A stretch of 64,000 nt of DNA, from positions 79,764,361-79,828,360 of the forward strand of contig NC_057711.1 in the NCBI RefSeq assembly GCF_004010195.1, written 5' to 3'. The notes beneath the pieces were generated by a model that was not told the origin of the DNA, searched no databases, and saw only the letters and a list, made by a program, of their open reading frames with translations. Shown in pieces: positions 50,770 to 61,989 of this stretch; positions within the stretch are counted from its first letter, which is position 1, and every line of letters starts with the position of its first letter. The translations under genes and the position numbers were made by a program. The stretch is from Chiloscyllium plagiosum (Eukaryota).

Positions 50770-52570
50770 ATATAAAATTCCAAAGGTTAAACACATTCTG
50801 AGTGAAGTAATTCCTCCTCATCTCAGTTCTAAATGGCTTGTCTTAATCTAAGATGGTAACCCATGTTCCAGAACAAAGGAAAATGACTTTGATATGAGTT
50901 ATGTACAGGGCTCCTAGCAGTAGTTGTGATGTAAGACAGAAAAAAAAAATCAGTGGGTAGAAAAGGCATCTAAAGAAAGGCAATAATCATGGAGGATTTC
51001 TATATGTAGACGGACTGGGAAAATTAGGTTGGTAGCAAATCCTGAGAAAAGGAATCTGTGGCATGGTTAGGGGTTTTTTTGTTGGAGCAGCTTGTGGTAG
51101 AGTACATTCATGAAAAGGCAATTCTGGATTTGGTGATTTAAATTGAGACAGAATTGATGAGGAACTTGAAGGTGAAGGAACCCCTTCACTTAAATAAGGT
51201 ATGACTGGATAGCACGCAATACAAAACTTTTCACTCTATTTCAGTTCATGTGACAATAATAAATCAAATCAAATCAAAACTCCCTTAAGAAATTTCTATG
51301 TGTGACATTGCCTCTCATTCTTCTAAATTCCAAAGAATACAGGCTCTGTCTCCTCAATCTCTCCTCACAGGTTAGTCTTACTCTCTCGGAATAAATCTGG
51401 TGAACATTTACCGTACTCTCTGTATGACACGCATATCCTGCTTTCGGCAAGGGACCAGAACTGCACACAATATTCCAGGTGTGGTCTAGCCAATTTTATA
51501 TACAAGTGAGACAAAACTTCTTTGATTGTGTACTCAAATCCCCTTTCAATAAAAGCTAATATGCTGTTTACTTTCAGTGTCTTATGAACAAAGACACTTA
51601 GGTCCCTTTGGATGTCAATATTTTCCAACCTCTCACTATTGAAGAAATACTCTGCACCTCTATTCCAGCTATTGAAGTGGATAACTTCCCATTTCTCCCC
51701 ATTACATTCCATCTGCCATGTTCTTGCCCACTCACTTGGTTTTGACTAAATCCCCTTGAATTCTCTTCCCATCCTCCTCACAACTCTCATTTCCACCAAG
51801 TTTTATATCTCTGCAAACTCGGAAGTATTACAATTTCCCTCACGTCCAAATCATTAACATAGATTGTGAAACCTGGCCCCAAGCAACGATAACTTTGGCA
51901 TTCAAATGGTCACAGTCTGCCAAACTGAGAATGAGCCATTCATTCTTCTGTGCTTTCTCCCTCTTATACCAATCCTCACCATGCTAGTACTGTATATTAT
52001 TCCCATTCCATGCCAATTAATTTTGTTTACTAACATCATTGTGGGAATTAATTAAAAGCCTTCTGGAAACCCAAATTCATCAGATCCAATGATTTTCCCC
52101 TCTTTGACTTTGCTAATAACATATTCAGAAAACTCTATAAGGTTGGTCAAACATGAATTTCCCTTCATAAATCTATAGTGAGTGTGTCCAATCAGACAAT
52201 TATTACTTAAATCAGACAATTTAAATAACCAATGATCACATCTTTTATAATAGATTATATTAAACCATCGAGTTACATTTTTAACCTACCAATCTGCAGC
52301 ACCTTTGCAGAATTAATTGAATTTTGAAAGCTTTCAACAATGTATTCACTGTGTCCATAACCATCTCTTTCAACATTTTAAGGTGACAGCAATTAGGTTG
52401 TGAGGATTTGTCAACTTTCAATCTCTTTAACTTTTCCAGTGCAACTTTTTTTTACTAATTTCCATCAGTTTCAGACTCCCACTGGATCCTTGGATCTTAG
52501 TAATTTCAAGAAGACTTCTTGTGTCTTCCCCTTTGAAAACAAACAGAAAGTACTTTGTCTGAGCAGAAAG
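50770..52570 (-). mobile_element. Old CR1 (minus), interrupted at about 50880-51275 by a plus-strand CR1 endonuclease fragment and a Rex1/Babar tail
   Basis: ORFs 51365-51712 (VIHF..QRDL..LARPHLEYCVQFWS) and 51274-51468 (EERLRRQSLYSLEFRRMRG); tail GTGACAATAATAAATCAAATC at 51250-51276. Confidence 0.65.
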
Positions 52571-52696
52571 TTAGCTGGACCATCTGATCTTCTACTATAT
52601 TCTCACCCTATCAGTTAGTTGGGTTGTGCACAGCCATCTAGAGTCCTTGTATGGCAGATACTGGAGTGTTCTATTACTGGAATGTATGGGGCTGTT

Positions 52697-53345
52697 CCAG
52701 AGAGCATCAAGTTCCTGGGAGTGGCAATTACCAACAATCTGATCTGGACCACCAACATTGATGCGATGGTCAAGAAGGCACAACAATGCCTCTTCTTCCT
52801 CAGGAAGCTAAGGAAATTTGGCATGTCTATAAGGACTCTTTTATAGATGCATCTTAGAAAGCATTCTATTTGGATGCATCATGGCTTGGTATGACAACTG
52901 TTCTAACCAGCACTGTACAAAACTACAGAGAGTTGTGAACACAGCCCAGTCCATCACACAAGCTGAACCTTCCAACTATTGACTCCACCTACATGTCACG
53001 CTGTCTCGAAAAAGCAACCAACATCATCAAACACCCCTCCTACCCCCAGTTATAATCTCTTCCAACCTCTTCTGTCAAGCAGAAGATGCAAAAACTTAAA
53101 CACACATAAAAACAAATTTAAGAACAGTTTCTTCCCTGCTGTTATTAGACTTCTAAATGGACCCCTCTCACATTCAATCTAATCTTGATCTTGTTTTTGT
53201 GCATCTTCTTTGCAGCCTTAACTTTGTATTCCTTGCCCTCTTCTATCACCCTATCTTTGTATGGTAGGACCTGCCTCTACTGCATGCAAAATAAAATTTT
53301 TCACTGTACCTAAATACATATAACAATAATAAATCAAGTCAAATC
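52697..53345 (+). mobile_element. Rex1/Babar LINE 3' portion
   Basis: ESIKFLGVAITNNLIWTTNIDAMVKKAQQCLFFLRKLRKFG (DUF1891-type) and FKNSFFPAVIRLLN; tail TTTTCACTGTACC..ACAATAATAAATCAA. Confidence 0.85.
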
Positions 53346-53732
53346 CTCCTAAGTGGACCAGGCAATGGAAGCGCATCTTCAGAAAGCTAAATATCTGTTC
53401 GGCTATGGCCCTAGTGGATGCATGGGCAACATTGTGGTGTTATTTGGCATCAGTCTCGTGTTTTGCACTGGTCATTAGCCAAACTTCTGGTATGTCCCCT
53501 TCACCCAAGAGCCAGCCTTGGGAATGATACAAAAGGACAAGAATTTGGGGAACTTGGAATTGTGCAGAATGTTAAGTGTCATGACAGCTCCCTGGATAGT
53601 GTGCATACATCTGCAGGAATTATTGGCTATGGTTATAAATGGGCTGAATATTGAAGGAATGAAGTCCCTTCCTGTTCAGGAATCTGGCTGAATGATACCA
53701 GGAAGCTGTGAAAGTAACATGGCTCTAATCAA

Positions 53733-53941
53733 CAGTGGAGAAAGTGAGGACTGCAGATGCTGGAGATCAGAGTTGAGAGTGTTGTGTTGGAAAAGTGCAG
53801 CTGATCAGGCAGCATCTGAGGAACAGGAAAATTGATGTTTTGGGCATAAGCCCTGATGAAGGGCTTATGTGTGAAACAATGATTTTCCTGCTCCTTGGAT
53901 GCTGCCTGACCTGCTGTGCTTTTCCAGCAACACATTCTCAA
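53733..53941. mobile_element. Fold-back Penelope pLTR insertion
   Basis: Diverged inverted arms meeting at about 53852-53860; imperfect TSD CTCTAATCAA (53723-53732) / CTGTAATCAA (53942-53951). Confidence 0.85.
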
Positions 53942-55425
53942 CTGTAATCAATGATCCCTTGCACCTGAGGGAACCCAGTGGTAGCTGTAATCCCACAACT
54001 CAACCATCTTGACTTTCTGTGCCTAGATTACCTGAACAAACTGCACTACATCCCTCTAAAGGGCATCAGTGAACTCACAAAAGCACGTGTGTTCAGCCAG
54101 TTGGAAGATGCCACACATTTCCCAGTTGAAATTTGAAGGGAGTGAGTGACAAGGAACTTCAATTTCAGTTCCACTGGCATAGTTTCCCAAGCACCCAGCT
54201 GCAGATCGGCCTGTCAGGGGTTGCATATGTAGATCTTGGCATTCGTCCTGCAAAGTTGCTTCAGTATTGCCTTGCTCTTTATATGTAAGAAATGACAATA
54301 CCTGCAATATACCCTTTCCTGGTATATTGCTTGATGGAACTTAAGATTCTATTAAGCTAATTCCACATAGATACTCCAACTAGGGAAGGCGCCATACTAG
54401 GCCTCCTATTGGGGAATAAGCTTGGCCAGGTGATCAATGTATCAGTGGGGGAGCTTTTAGGGAACAGTGAGCATAATTCAGTAAAGTTTTAAGGTAGGTT
54501 TAGATAAGGATAAGACTGGTCCTTGGGTGAAAACACTAAAATATGGGAAGGCTAATTACAACAGTATTGGGTAGAAACAGGAGAAATTAGATTTGGGGCA
54601 AGTTCATTGCAAATAAATCCACATCTGACATATGGGAAACTTTTAACAACCAGTTAATCAGTGTTTCAGATAAGCATATTCCTCTGAGGATGAAAGATAA
54701 AGATAGAAAGATTTGTGCACCTGGAATGATGAGAGGTATTAAAAGTTCAGTCAGAAAGGAAAAGGAAACACGTGTAAGTTTCACAAAACTAAAATCTAAC
54801 AAGATCCTTAATGAGTATAAAGGAACCAAAAAAGAATTTAAACAAGTAATTAGGATGACTAGAAGGGACACAAAATGTATTTGGCAAGTAGGATTAAGGA
54901 AAATCCTAAGACATTTTATAGATATGTTAGGATCAAGAGGTTAACTAGGGAAAGAGTAGGTCCACACAAAAACCAAGAAGGGAGTTTATGCATGGAGGAG
55001 AGGAAGTGGGTGAGCTTCTTAATCAGTACTCTGCATTTGTATTTATTAAGGAGACTGATATGGTAAGAAAAGGGATACATTTGTTGATATTCTGGGACAT
55101 GTCAAAATTAAAAAGGACGAGGTGTTGTGTATTTTAAAAAACATTCAGGTAGATAAGGGCCTGACAGAATCTATCACAGGATACTGAGTAAGGCAAGGGA
55201 GGAGATTGTTGGTCCTTGGCAAAGATCTTTGTACTCTCTTTAGCCACTGGTCAAGTCCCAGAACGCCAGAGCATAGCCAATGTTCATCTTTTGTTTAAGA
55301 AGGGCAACAAGGAGAATCCAGGAAATTGTAAGCCATTGAGCTTTAGATAAATGAGAGGGAAATTATTGGGAAGATTCTTAGGGACAGGATTTAGTCTATT
55401 TGGAAAGAATTATCTTATTAGGGTT

Positions 55426-56773
55426 AGGAGAAAGTGAGGACTGTAGCTGCTGGAGATATCGAGAGTGTGCTGCTGGGAAAGCAAAGCAGGTCAGGCAGCA
55501 TCCCAGGAGCAGGAGAATCGTTGTTTCGGCCATAAGCCCTTCATCAGGAATGAGAATTGTGGGCTGGGGGCTGAGAGATAAAAGGGAGGGGAGTGGGGTT
55601 GGGGGGAATGTAGCTCACACAGCGGTAGGTGGATGAAGGTGAGAGAGAAGGTGTAAAGTCAGAGGGGAGAGCGATGGACAGGTCAGGAGAGTGGTGCCAA
55701 GTTGGAGACTTGAGAATGGGATAATGTGAGGGGAGGGGAAATGAGGAAACTATTGTAATCCACATTTATCCTGTGTGGTTGCAGGGTCCAAAGACGGAAT
55801 ATGAGGGAGGCGTTCTTCCTCCAGGCATTGGGTGGTAACGGTTTGGCAGTGGAGGAGGTCCAGGACCTGCATGTCCTTGATGGAGTGGGAGGGGGAGTTA
55901 AAGTGTTCAGCCACGGGACGGTGGGGTTGGTGGGTGCGGGTGACTCATTGATGCTCTCTGAAATGATCTGCAAGAAGGCATCCTGTCTCCCTGATATAGA
56001 GGAGACCACATCAGGTGCAATGGATGCAGTACATGACATTGGTAGAGGTACAGGTAAATTTGTGATGGATGTGGAAGGATCCCTTGGGGCCTTGGATGGA
56101 GGTGAGGGGACTGGTGTGGGAGCAGGTTTTGCACTATCTGTGGTGGCAGGGAATGGTGCCAGGAATGGGGTGTGGGTGGGTGGACGGTGTGGAACTGATG
56201 AGGGAGTTGTGGAGGGAATGGTCCCTGAGGAACGTTGATAGGGGTGGGGAGGGAAGTACATCTTTTGTGGGGTCGGTTTGGAGGTGGTGGAAGTGGCGGA
56301 GGACAATGCGATGTGTGCAGAGATTTGTGGGGTGGAAGCTGAGGACCAGGGGGTGTTCTGACCTCGTTACATTGGATGGGGTCCAAGGGCAGTGATACGT
56401 GAAGTAGAGGAGATGAGCTGGAGGGCATCGTCAACCACATGGGAAGGGAAGTTGCGATCTTGGAAGAAGAAGGCCATCTGGGACTTCCTGAGGTGGAATT
56501 GGTCATCCTGGGAACAGATGTGGCAGAGGCAGAGGATTTGGAAATAAGGGATGGCGTTTTTACAGGAAGTAGGAGGAGGTATAGTCTAGGTAGCTGTGAA
56601 AGTCGTGGGCTTGTAATAGATGTCTGTGGTTAGTTAGTCACTGGAGATGGTGATGGAGAGGTCCAGGAAGGGAGGGAGGTGTCTGAAATGGTCCAGGTGA
56701 ATTTGAGGTTGGGGTGGAAGGTGATGATAAAGTTGATGGTAAAGTTCAACCTCCTCGTGGGAGCATGAGGTGG
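55426..56773 (-). mobile_element. 5'-truncated Penelope-like element, frameshifted
   Basis: Collinear with about 43640-45030; pLTR with hammerhead motif at 55517-55548; possible TSD GGGTTAG/GGGATAG. Confidence 0.88.
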
Positions 56774-56945
56774 TGGGATAGTCAGCTTTGCTTTATATGG
56801 GAGAAGTCATCGCACACACACCTGATTGAGTTTTTGTAGAGGTGACAAAGATAATTGATTGTTTGTAGTGCTGTAGATGTCAATATAGACTGTGCTGAAG
56901 CATTTGACAAGGTCCTTCATGGAAGATTGGTCCAGAATATTAAGT

Positions 56946-58137
56946 GCTGAAAATGTGTTGCTGGAAAAGCGCAGCAGGTCAGGCAGCATCCAAGGAACAG
57001 GAGAATTGACGTTTCGGGTATAAGCCCTTCTTCAGGAATGAGGAAAGTTTGTCCAGCAGGCTGGTTGGAGTGTTCCCAGTCGGAAGATAAGACGCTCCTC
57101 CTCCGACCGTCGGGTTGTTGTGGTTTGGCGGTGGATGAGTCCAATGACCTGCATATCCTCGGTGGAGTGGGAGGGGGAGTTGAAATGCTGTGCCACAGGT
57201 TGGTTGGGTTGGTTCGTCCGGGTGGCCCAGAGGTGCTCCCTGAATCGCTCCGCAAGTAGGCGGCCTGTCTCCCCAATATAGAGGAGGCCACACCGGCTGC
57301 AGCGGATGCAGTAGATGATGTGGGTGGAGGTGCAGGTGAATCTGTGGCGGATATGGGAGTTTCCTTTTGGGCCTTGGAGAGGAGTGAGGGGGGAGGTGTG
57401 GGCGCAAGTGTTGCACCTCCTGCGGTTGCAAGGGAAGGTGCCGGGAGTGGTGGTTGGGTCGGTGGGGGGTGTGGATCTGACAAGGGAGTCGCGGAGGGAG
57501 TGGTCTCTACGGAAAGCTGATAGGGGTGGGGAGGGAAATATATCCTTGGTGCTGGGGTCTGTTTGGAGGTGGCGGAAGTGACGGCGGATGATGCGCTGTA
57601 CATGGAGATTGGTGGGGTGGTAGGTGAGGACCAGTGGGGTTCTGTCCTGGTGGCGGTTGGAGGGGCGTGGCTCAAGGGCGGAGGAGCGGGAAGTGGAGGA
57701 GATGCGGTGGAGGGCACCGTCGGCCACGTCGGGGGGGAAATTGCGGTCCTTGAAGAAGGAGGCCGTCTGTGTTGTGCGTATTTTGAACTGGTCCTCCTGG
57801 GAGCAGATGTGGCGGAGTCGAAGGAATTGGGAGAATGGGATGGTGTTTTTACAGGGGGCAGGATGGGAGGTGGTGTAGTCCAGGTAGCTGTGGGAGTCGG
57901 TTGGTTTGTAGTAGATGTCCGTGTTGATTCGGTCGCCTGAGATAGAAATAGAAAGGTCGAGGAAGGGGAGGGAGGAATCTGAGACTGTCCAGGTGAATTT
58001 GAGGTCAGGGTGGAAGGTGTTGGTGAAGTGGATGAACTGTTCAACCTCCTCGTGGGAGCACGAGGCGGCGCCGATACAGTCATCGATGTAGCGGAGGAAA
58101 AGATGGGGGGTGGGGCCAGTGTAGTTGCGGAAGATTG
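56946..58137 (-). mobile_element. Young 5'-truncated Penelope-like element with an uninterrupted RT C-terminus/GIY-YIG frame
   Basis: Frame open from about 58135 (FLRYIDD) to stop at 57032 (IIYCIRCSRCGLLYIGETGR..RFREH); TSD CAGAATATTAAGT at 56933-56945 and 58138-58150. Confidence 0.93.
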
Positions 58138-59860
58138 CAGAATATTAAGTCACATGGGAGTCTTGATAAATCGGCAATTTGTATACAAATTTGGTTTTGT
58201 CGTTGGGAACAGAGGGTAGTTGTGGAGGAGCGATTTTCTGACTGGAGGTCTGATTCTACAAGAATCAGTGTTGAGACCTCTTTTGTGTATAATATATATA
58301 ACTGACTTAGACGAAAATGTAGGTGGTCTGATGAGTAAGTTTGCAGATGACACAAAAATCAGTGAATTTGTAGATAGTGAGAAAGGTTATCAAAATTTAC
58401 GGCAGGCTGGAGATCAGTTGGAAAGTTGGGCAGGCAAATGGATTTTAATTCAGACAAGTATGAGGTGATTTATTTTGGAGAGGGTCAAATACATACAGAC
58501 GAAGAAGCATACAGTTAATGGTAGGACCCTTAGGTGCATCGATATACAGAGAGATCTTGGGGTTCAAGTCCATAGCTTCCTGAAAGTGGCAAGACAACTG
58601 AATAAGGTGGTAAAGAAGGCATATGGCATGCATGCCTTCATCAGTCAGGGTAGTGAGTATAAAAGTTGGCAAGTCATGTTGCAACTGTAATTAGACACGT
58701 ATGGAGCATTGTATCCAGTTCTGGTCACCAGAAAGAGGATGGATGTGGAGGCTTTGGAGAGAGTGCAAAAGAGTTTTACCAGGATGTTTCCTGGATTGGA
58801 GTGTATTAGTTATAAGGAGAGGTTAGGCAAACATGGATTGTTTTTGCTAGAGGCTGTGTGGCGAACTGATAGAAGTATATAAAATTATGAGAAGCATGGA
58901 TAGGATGGATATTTGAAGTCTTTTTTTTCCCAGGGTGGAAATATCAAATGCTAAGGGGAATAGGTTTAAGATGACAAGGGAAAGGTTTAAGGGAGTGTAC
59001 ATGGAAAGTTTTTTTTACAGAGAATGATAGGTGCCCAGAAAGTGCTTCCAGAGAAGGAGGTAGAAGCAGATATATTAGCAAAGTTTAAGAGGCCGTTAGA
59101 CAGACACATGGACGGATAAGGAATAGAGGAATAGGGGCCACATGCAAGCAGATGGGATTAGTTCAGAATGGCAATTTGGTCAGCACAGATATGTTCGGCT
59201 GAAGGGCATGTTCCTGTACTGTACTGTTCTGAGTTCCAGTGACCTGGAGTGTTGATGAGTATTCATGGCCTGTTAATGAAGGCAAAAGATGATCCCAATG
59301 ATTAAGGTTGGAATGCTGATCTGCTTGAAAGATTCCAAAACCTAAGAGCCTTAAGACTTCTTTTTGCCTTCTGCCAGTCTTCCTAAAATCTCCGGGTGAA
59401 CTGAGGGGACTGTTATTTTGTATGTGTGTGTATATCACAAGATTTTGGCTGAAATTATCTTTTAAAATAATGTTTTACTTTAGTTGAGTGAGTGAAAGCT
59501 AATTTCTCACTCGTGCTAACTTGAGATTTGTTCAGCTTGCTTCTTCATATCGCTTCACGCAAGGCCAAATACATGCTGAACTGGGAAAAAAAAACACATT
59601 AAAAAAATCAAACTGTGATTACAGTGAAACTTGAGGACCCCTCCACAATTAAACTTAACAATGGCACATGAACGGATTTCCAGTCTGATGCAATTGCTCC
59701 CGATTTTTCTGCCTGTCCCCATGATCCTATTTCCTCCGGGCCTGTAGATCCCCACCCTAATATGTCTCTACAGCCAGCTGACGGGAGAAGGTTACTTGTG
59801 TATCAAAATGTTGTAAAACCAGCAGCGGCCCTTAAGAAAGTTTCAACTATTATAAAGGAG

Positions 59861-60646
59861 CAACAGACTATATTACAGTTTGTGGATTAGAGTGGTGATG
59901 GAAAAGCACAGCAGGTCAGGCAGCATCCAAGGAGCAGGAAAATCGATGTTTCGGGCAAAAGCCCTTCATCAGGAATAGAGGCAGGGTGCCTGCAGAGTGG
60001 AGAGATAANNNNNNNNNNNNNNNNNNNNNNNNNNNNNNNNNNNNNNNNNNNNNNNNNNNNNNNNNNNNNNNNNNNNNNNNNNNNNNNNNNNNNNNNNNNN
60101 NNNNNNNNNNNNNNNNNNNNNNNNNNNNNNNNNNNNNNNNNNNNNNNNNNNNNNNNNNNNNNNNNNNNNNNNNNNNNNNNNNNNNNNNNNNNNNNNNNNN
60201 NNNNNNNNNNNNNNNNNNNNNNNNNNNNNNNNNNNNNNNNNNNNNNNNNNNNNNNNNNNNNNNNNNNNNNNNNNNNNNNNNNNNNNNNNNNNNNNNNNNN
60301 NNNNNNNNNNNNNNNNNNNNNNNNNNNNNNNNNNNNNNNNNNNNNNNNNNNNNNNNNNNNNNNNNNNNNNNNNNNNNNNNNNNNNNNNNNNNNNNNNNNN
60401 NNNNNNNNNNNNNNNNNNNNNNNNNNNNNNCTCCATCCCCACCCCAATTCACCTATTGTACTCTAAGCTACTTTCTCCCCAGCCCCATTCCCCTCTCATT
60501 TATCTCTCCACTCTGCAGGCACTCTGCCTCTATTCCTGATGAAGGGCTTTTGCCCGAAATGTCGATTTTCCTGCTCCTTGGATGCTGCCTGACCTGCTGT
60601 GTTTTCCAGCACCACTCTAATCCACAAACTGTAATATAGTCTGTTG
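59861..60646. mobile_element. Inverted pair of Penelope pLTRs around N gap 60009-60430, with a 24-bp inverted extension
   Basis: 59861-60008 is reverse-complementary to about 60499-60646 with a few differences. Confidence 0.82.
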
Positions 60647-61989
60647 ATAAATGCACAACAGTTGCCAAATCTGACTTGTTGGTGTTTTCTAGTTGTTTAA
60701 TTTTACCTGAAACACTGCACTGTTGTTGCTTGAGCTTCAGGTATTTTGCTGATTGTTGCTATCTATGGCTCAGAGTCAGTGAAGTGTTTGTAATGTTTGC
60801 GTTCAACTGAAATGATTCATTCGTTATCACAGCCAGGTTGAGAGAATATCAGACACGGCAGCCCATTACAGTGAAGCAGATACAGATGGCCCTGTGTCTG
60901 CGTTCAGTTTTCAAGCAGGTCAGCGAGTTCCAAAGGATTGTCAGTTGCAGTCTTGAAGATCAAAGTGTGGGTTTGCCAAAGCTGGTGGGAATCACAAACA
61001 TTTACCACCACTGTCACTTTGATGAGAGGATCTAGCTATATTAGTTACTTAACTGTTTGGTTGAGTGTTCCAGTAGAACAGTACAAGTGGCCCTGGTAAT
61101 TTTGGTGCAATATAAATGCTGTATGAATCAGTTTAATTTCCTTAAATGCTAGGTTAAAGGGATGAAATATGCTGTCAGATGCACCACTTTTTCTGAGAAT
61201 TTTGGGCCATTGCGTATTCCATGACAGACATCACTCGTATAAGAAGGCAGCATTTAACAACCAGGGGAACGGTTTGGTCTTAGAAAGTGAAACTATTTAA
61301 AGTGTATAAAGTTTTTAACATTTTGGGGGTCATGGCAGCTATTTGCAAAAAAGTTACACTTGCAGCTTTTTAGCCTGAAGTCCATCTTCATAACGCAGCA
61401 ATAATGTATCAGAACTGAACAGCTAAAGAATGGGAAATCAACAGTCAGTGTTGAATATAATCGATCCTAAAGTTTGAGCATTGCAATTGAAGATAGACTC
61501 CAGTCATTAACTTCAAATGGAAGGTGAAGGCAAAACAGATAATTTCATTAAAGTAGTTTTTTGAAATTTCCTTTTCTTTTTTGTCATTCTATTAACCTGA
61601 ATATTTAACAATGGAAACAATGCAATTAATCCACTTGGTTACTATTCCACATGTTTTTCAGAAGCCAAAGGGGTGTAAGCATTACCAGATTAGCTGGTTG
61701 GCAAACTGCAGATCCACTCCTTGTGGTTTAGACAGTTAAAGAGACATAGGACTTAGTTTTTATGTACAAGGCTTTGGATACATTTCCCCTCCTCCCAACA
61801 TGTCAAAGTGAAAGAACCCAGCTCCACTTGGCCACCTCATCTTGCAGTAACTAAACAGCCCAAGAGCTTGCTCTATCAACCCAAATCCAGTTTTGGAAAG
61901 CAGCCATCCAATTGGAGGGCGAATGGCCTTCAGATGTCAGCAATGTTGTCAGTATGATGGGTCACCACTAGGAATTCAGCAAAGGAGTT

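Larger units (their letters stand above)
52615..54310 (-). pseudogene. Harbinger/PIF DDE transposase (HARBI1-like, DDE_Tnp_4) fossil, interrupted by Rex1/Babar and pLTR insertions
   Basis: Ordered motifs CGIFQLAEHTCFCEFTDAL; GFPQVQGIID; FLNRKGLHSFNIQ; YPGSCHD; GWLLG; WLMT; AHASTRAIAEQIFSFLKMRFHCL; TLQYLP. Confidence 0.85.
54335..59230 (+). mobile_element. CR1 LINE (endonuclease end to 3' UTR) carrying two Penelope insertions
   Basis: RIKENPKTFYRY, AFDKV, YITDLD..KFADDTKI, QRDLGVQVH, CR1 tail; pieces 54335-55425, 56774-56945, 58138-59230. Confidence 0.88.

Noticed and set aside
52615..54310. Host HARBI1 gene
   Set aside because: Multiple stops, frameshifts and nested insertions; a transposon fossil rather than the domesticated gene.
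59887..60639. Long ORFs of 157-217 aa (also 36181-36592)
   Set aside because: Artefacts of translating through N gaps.
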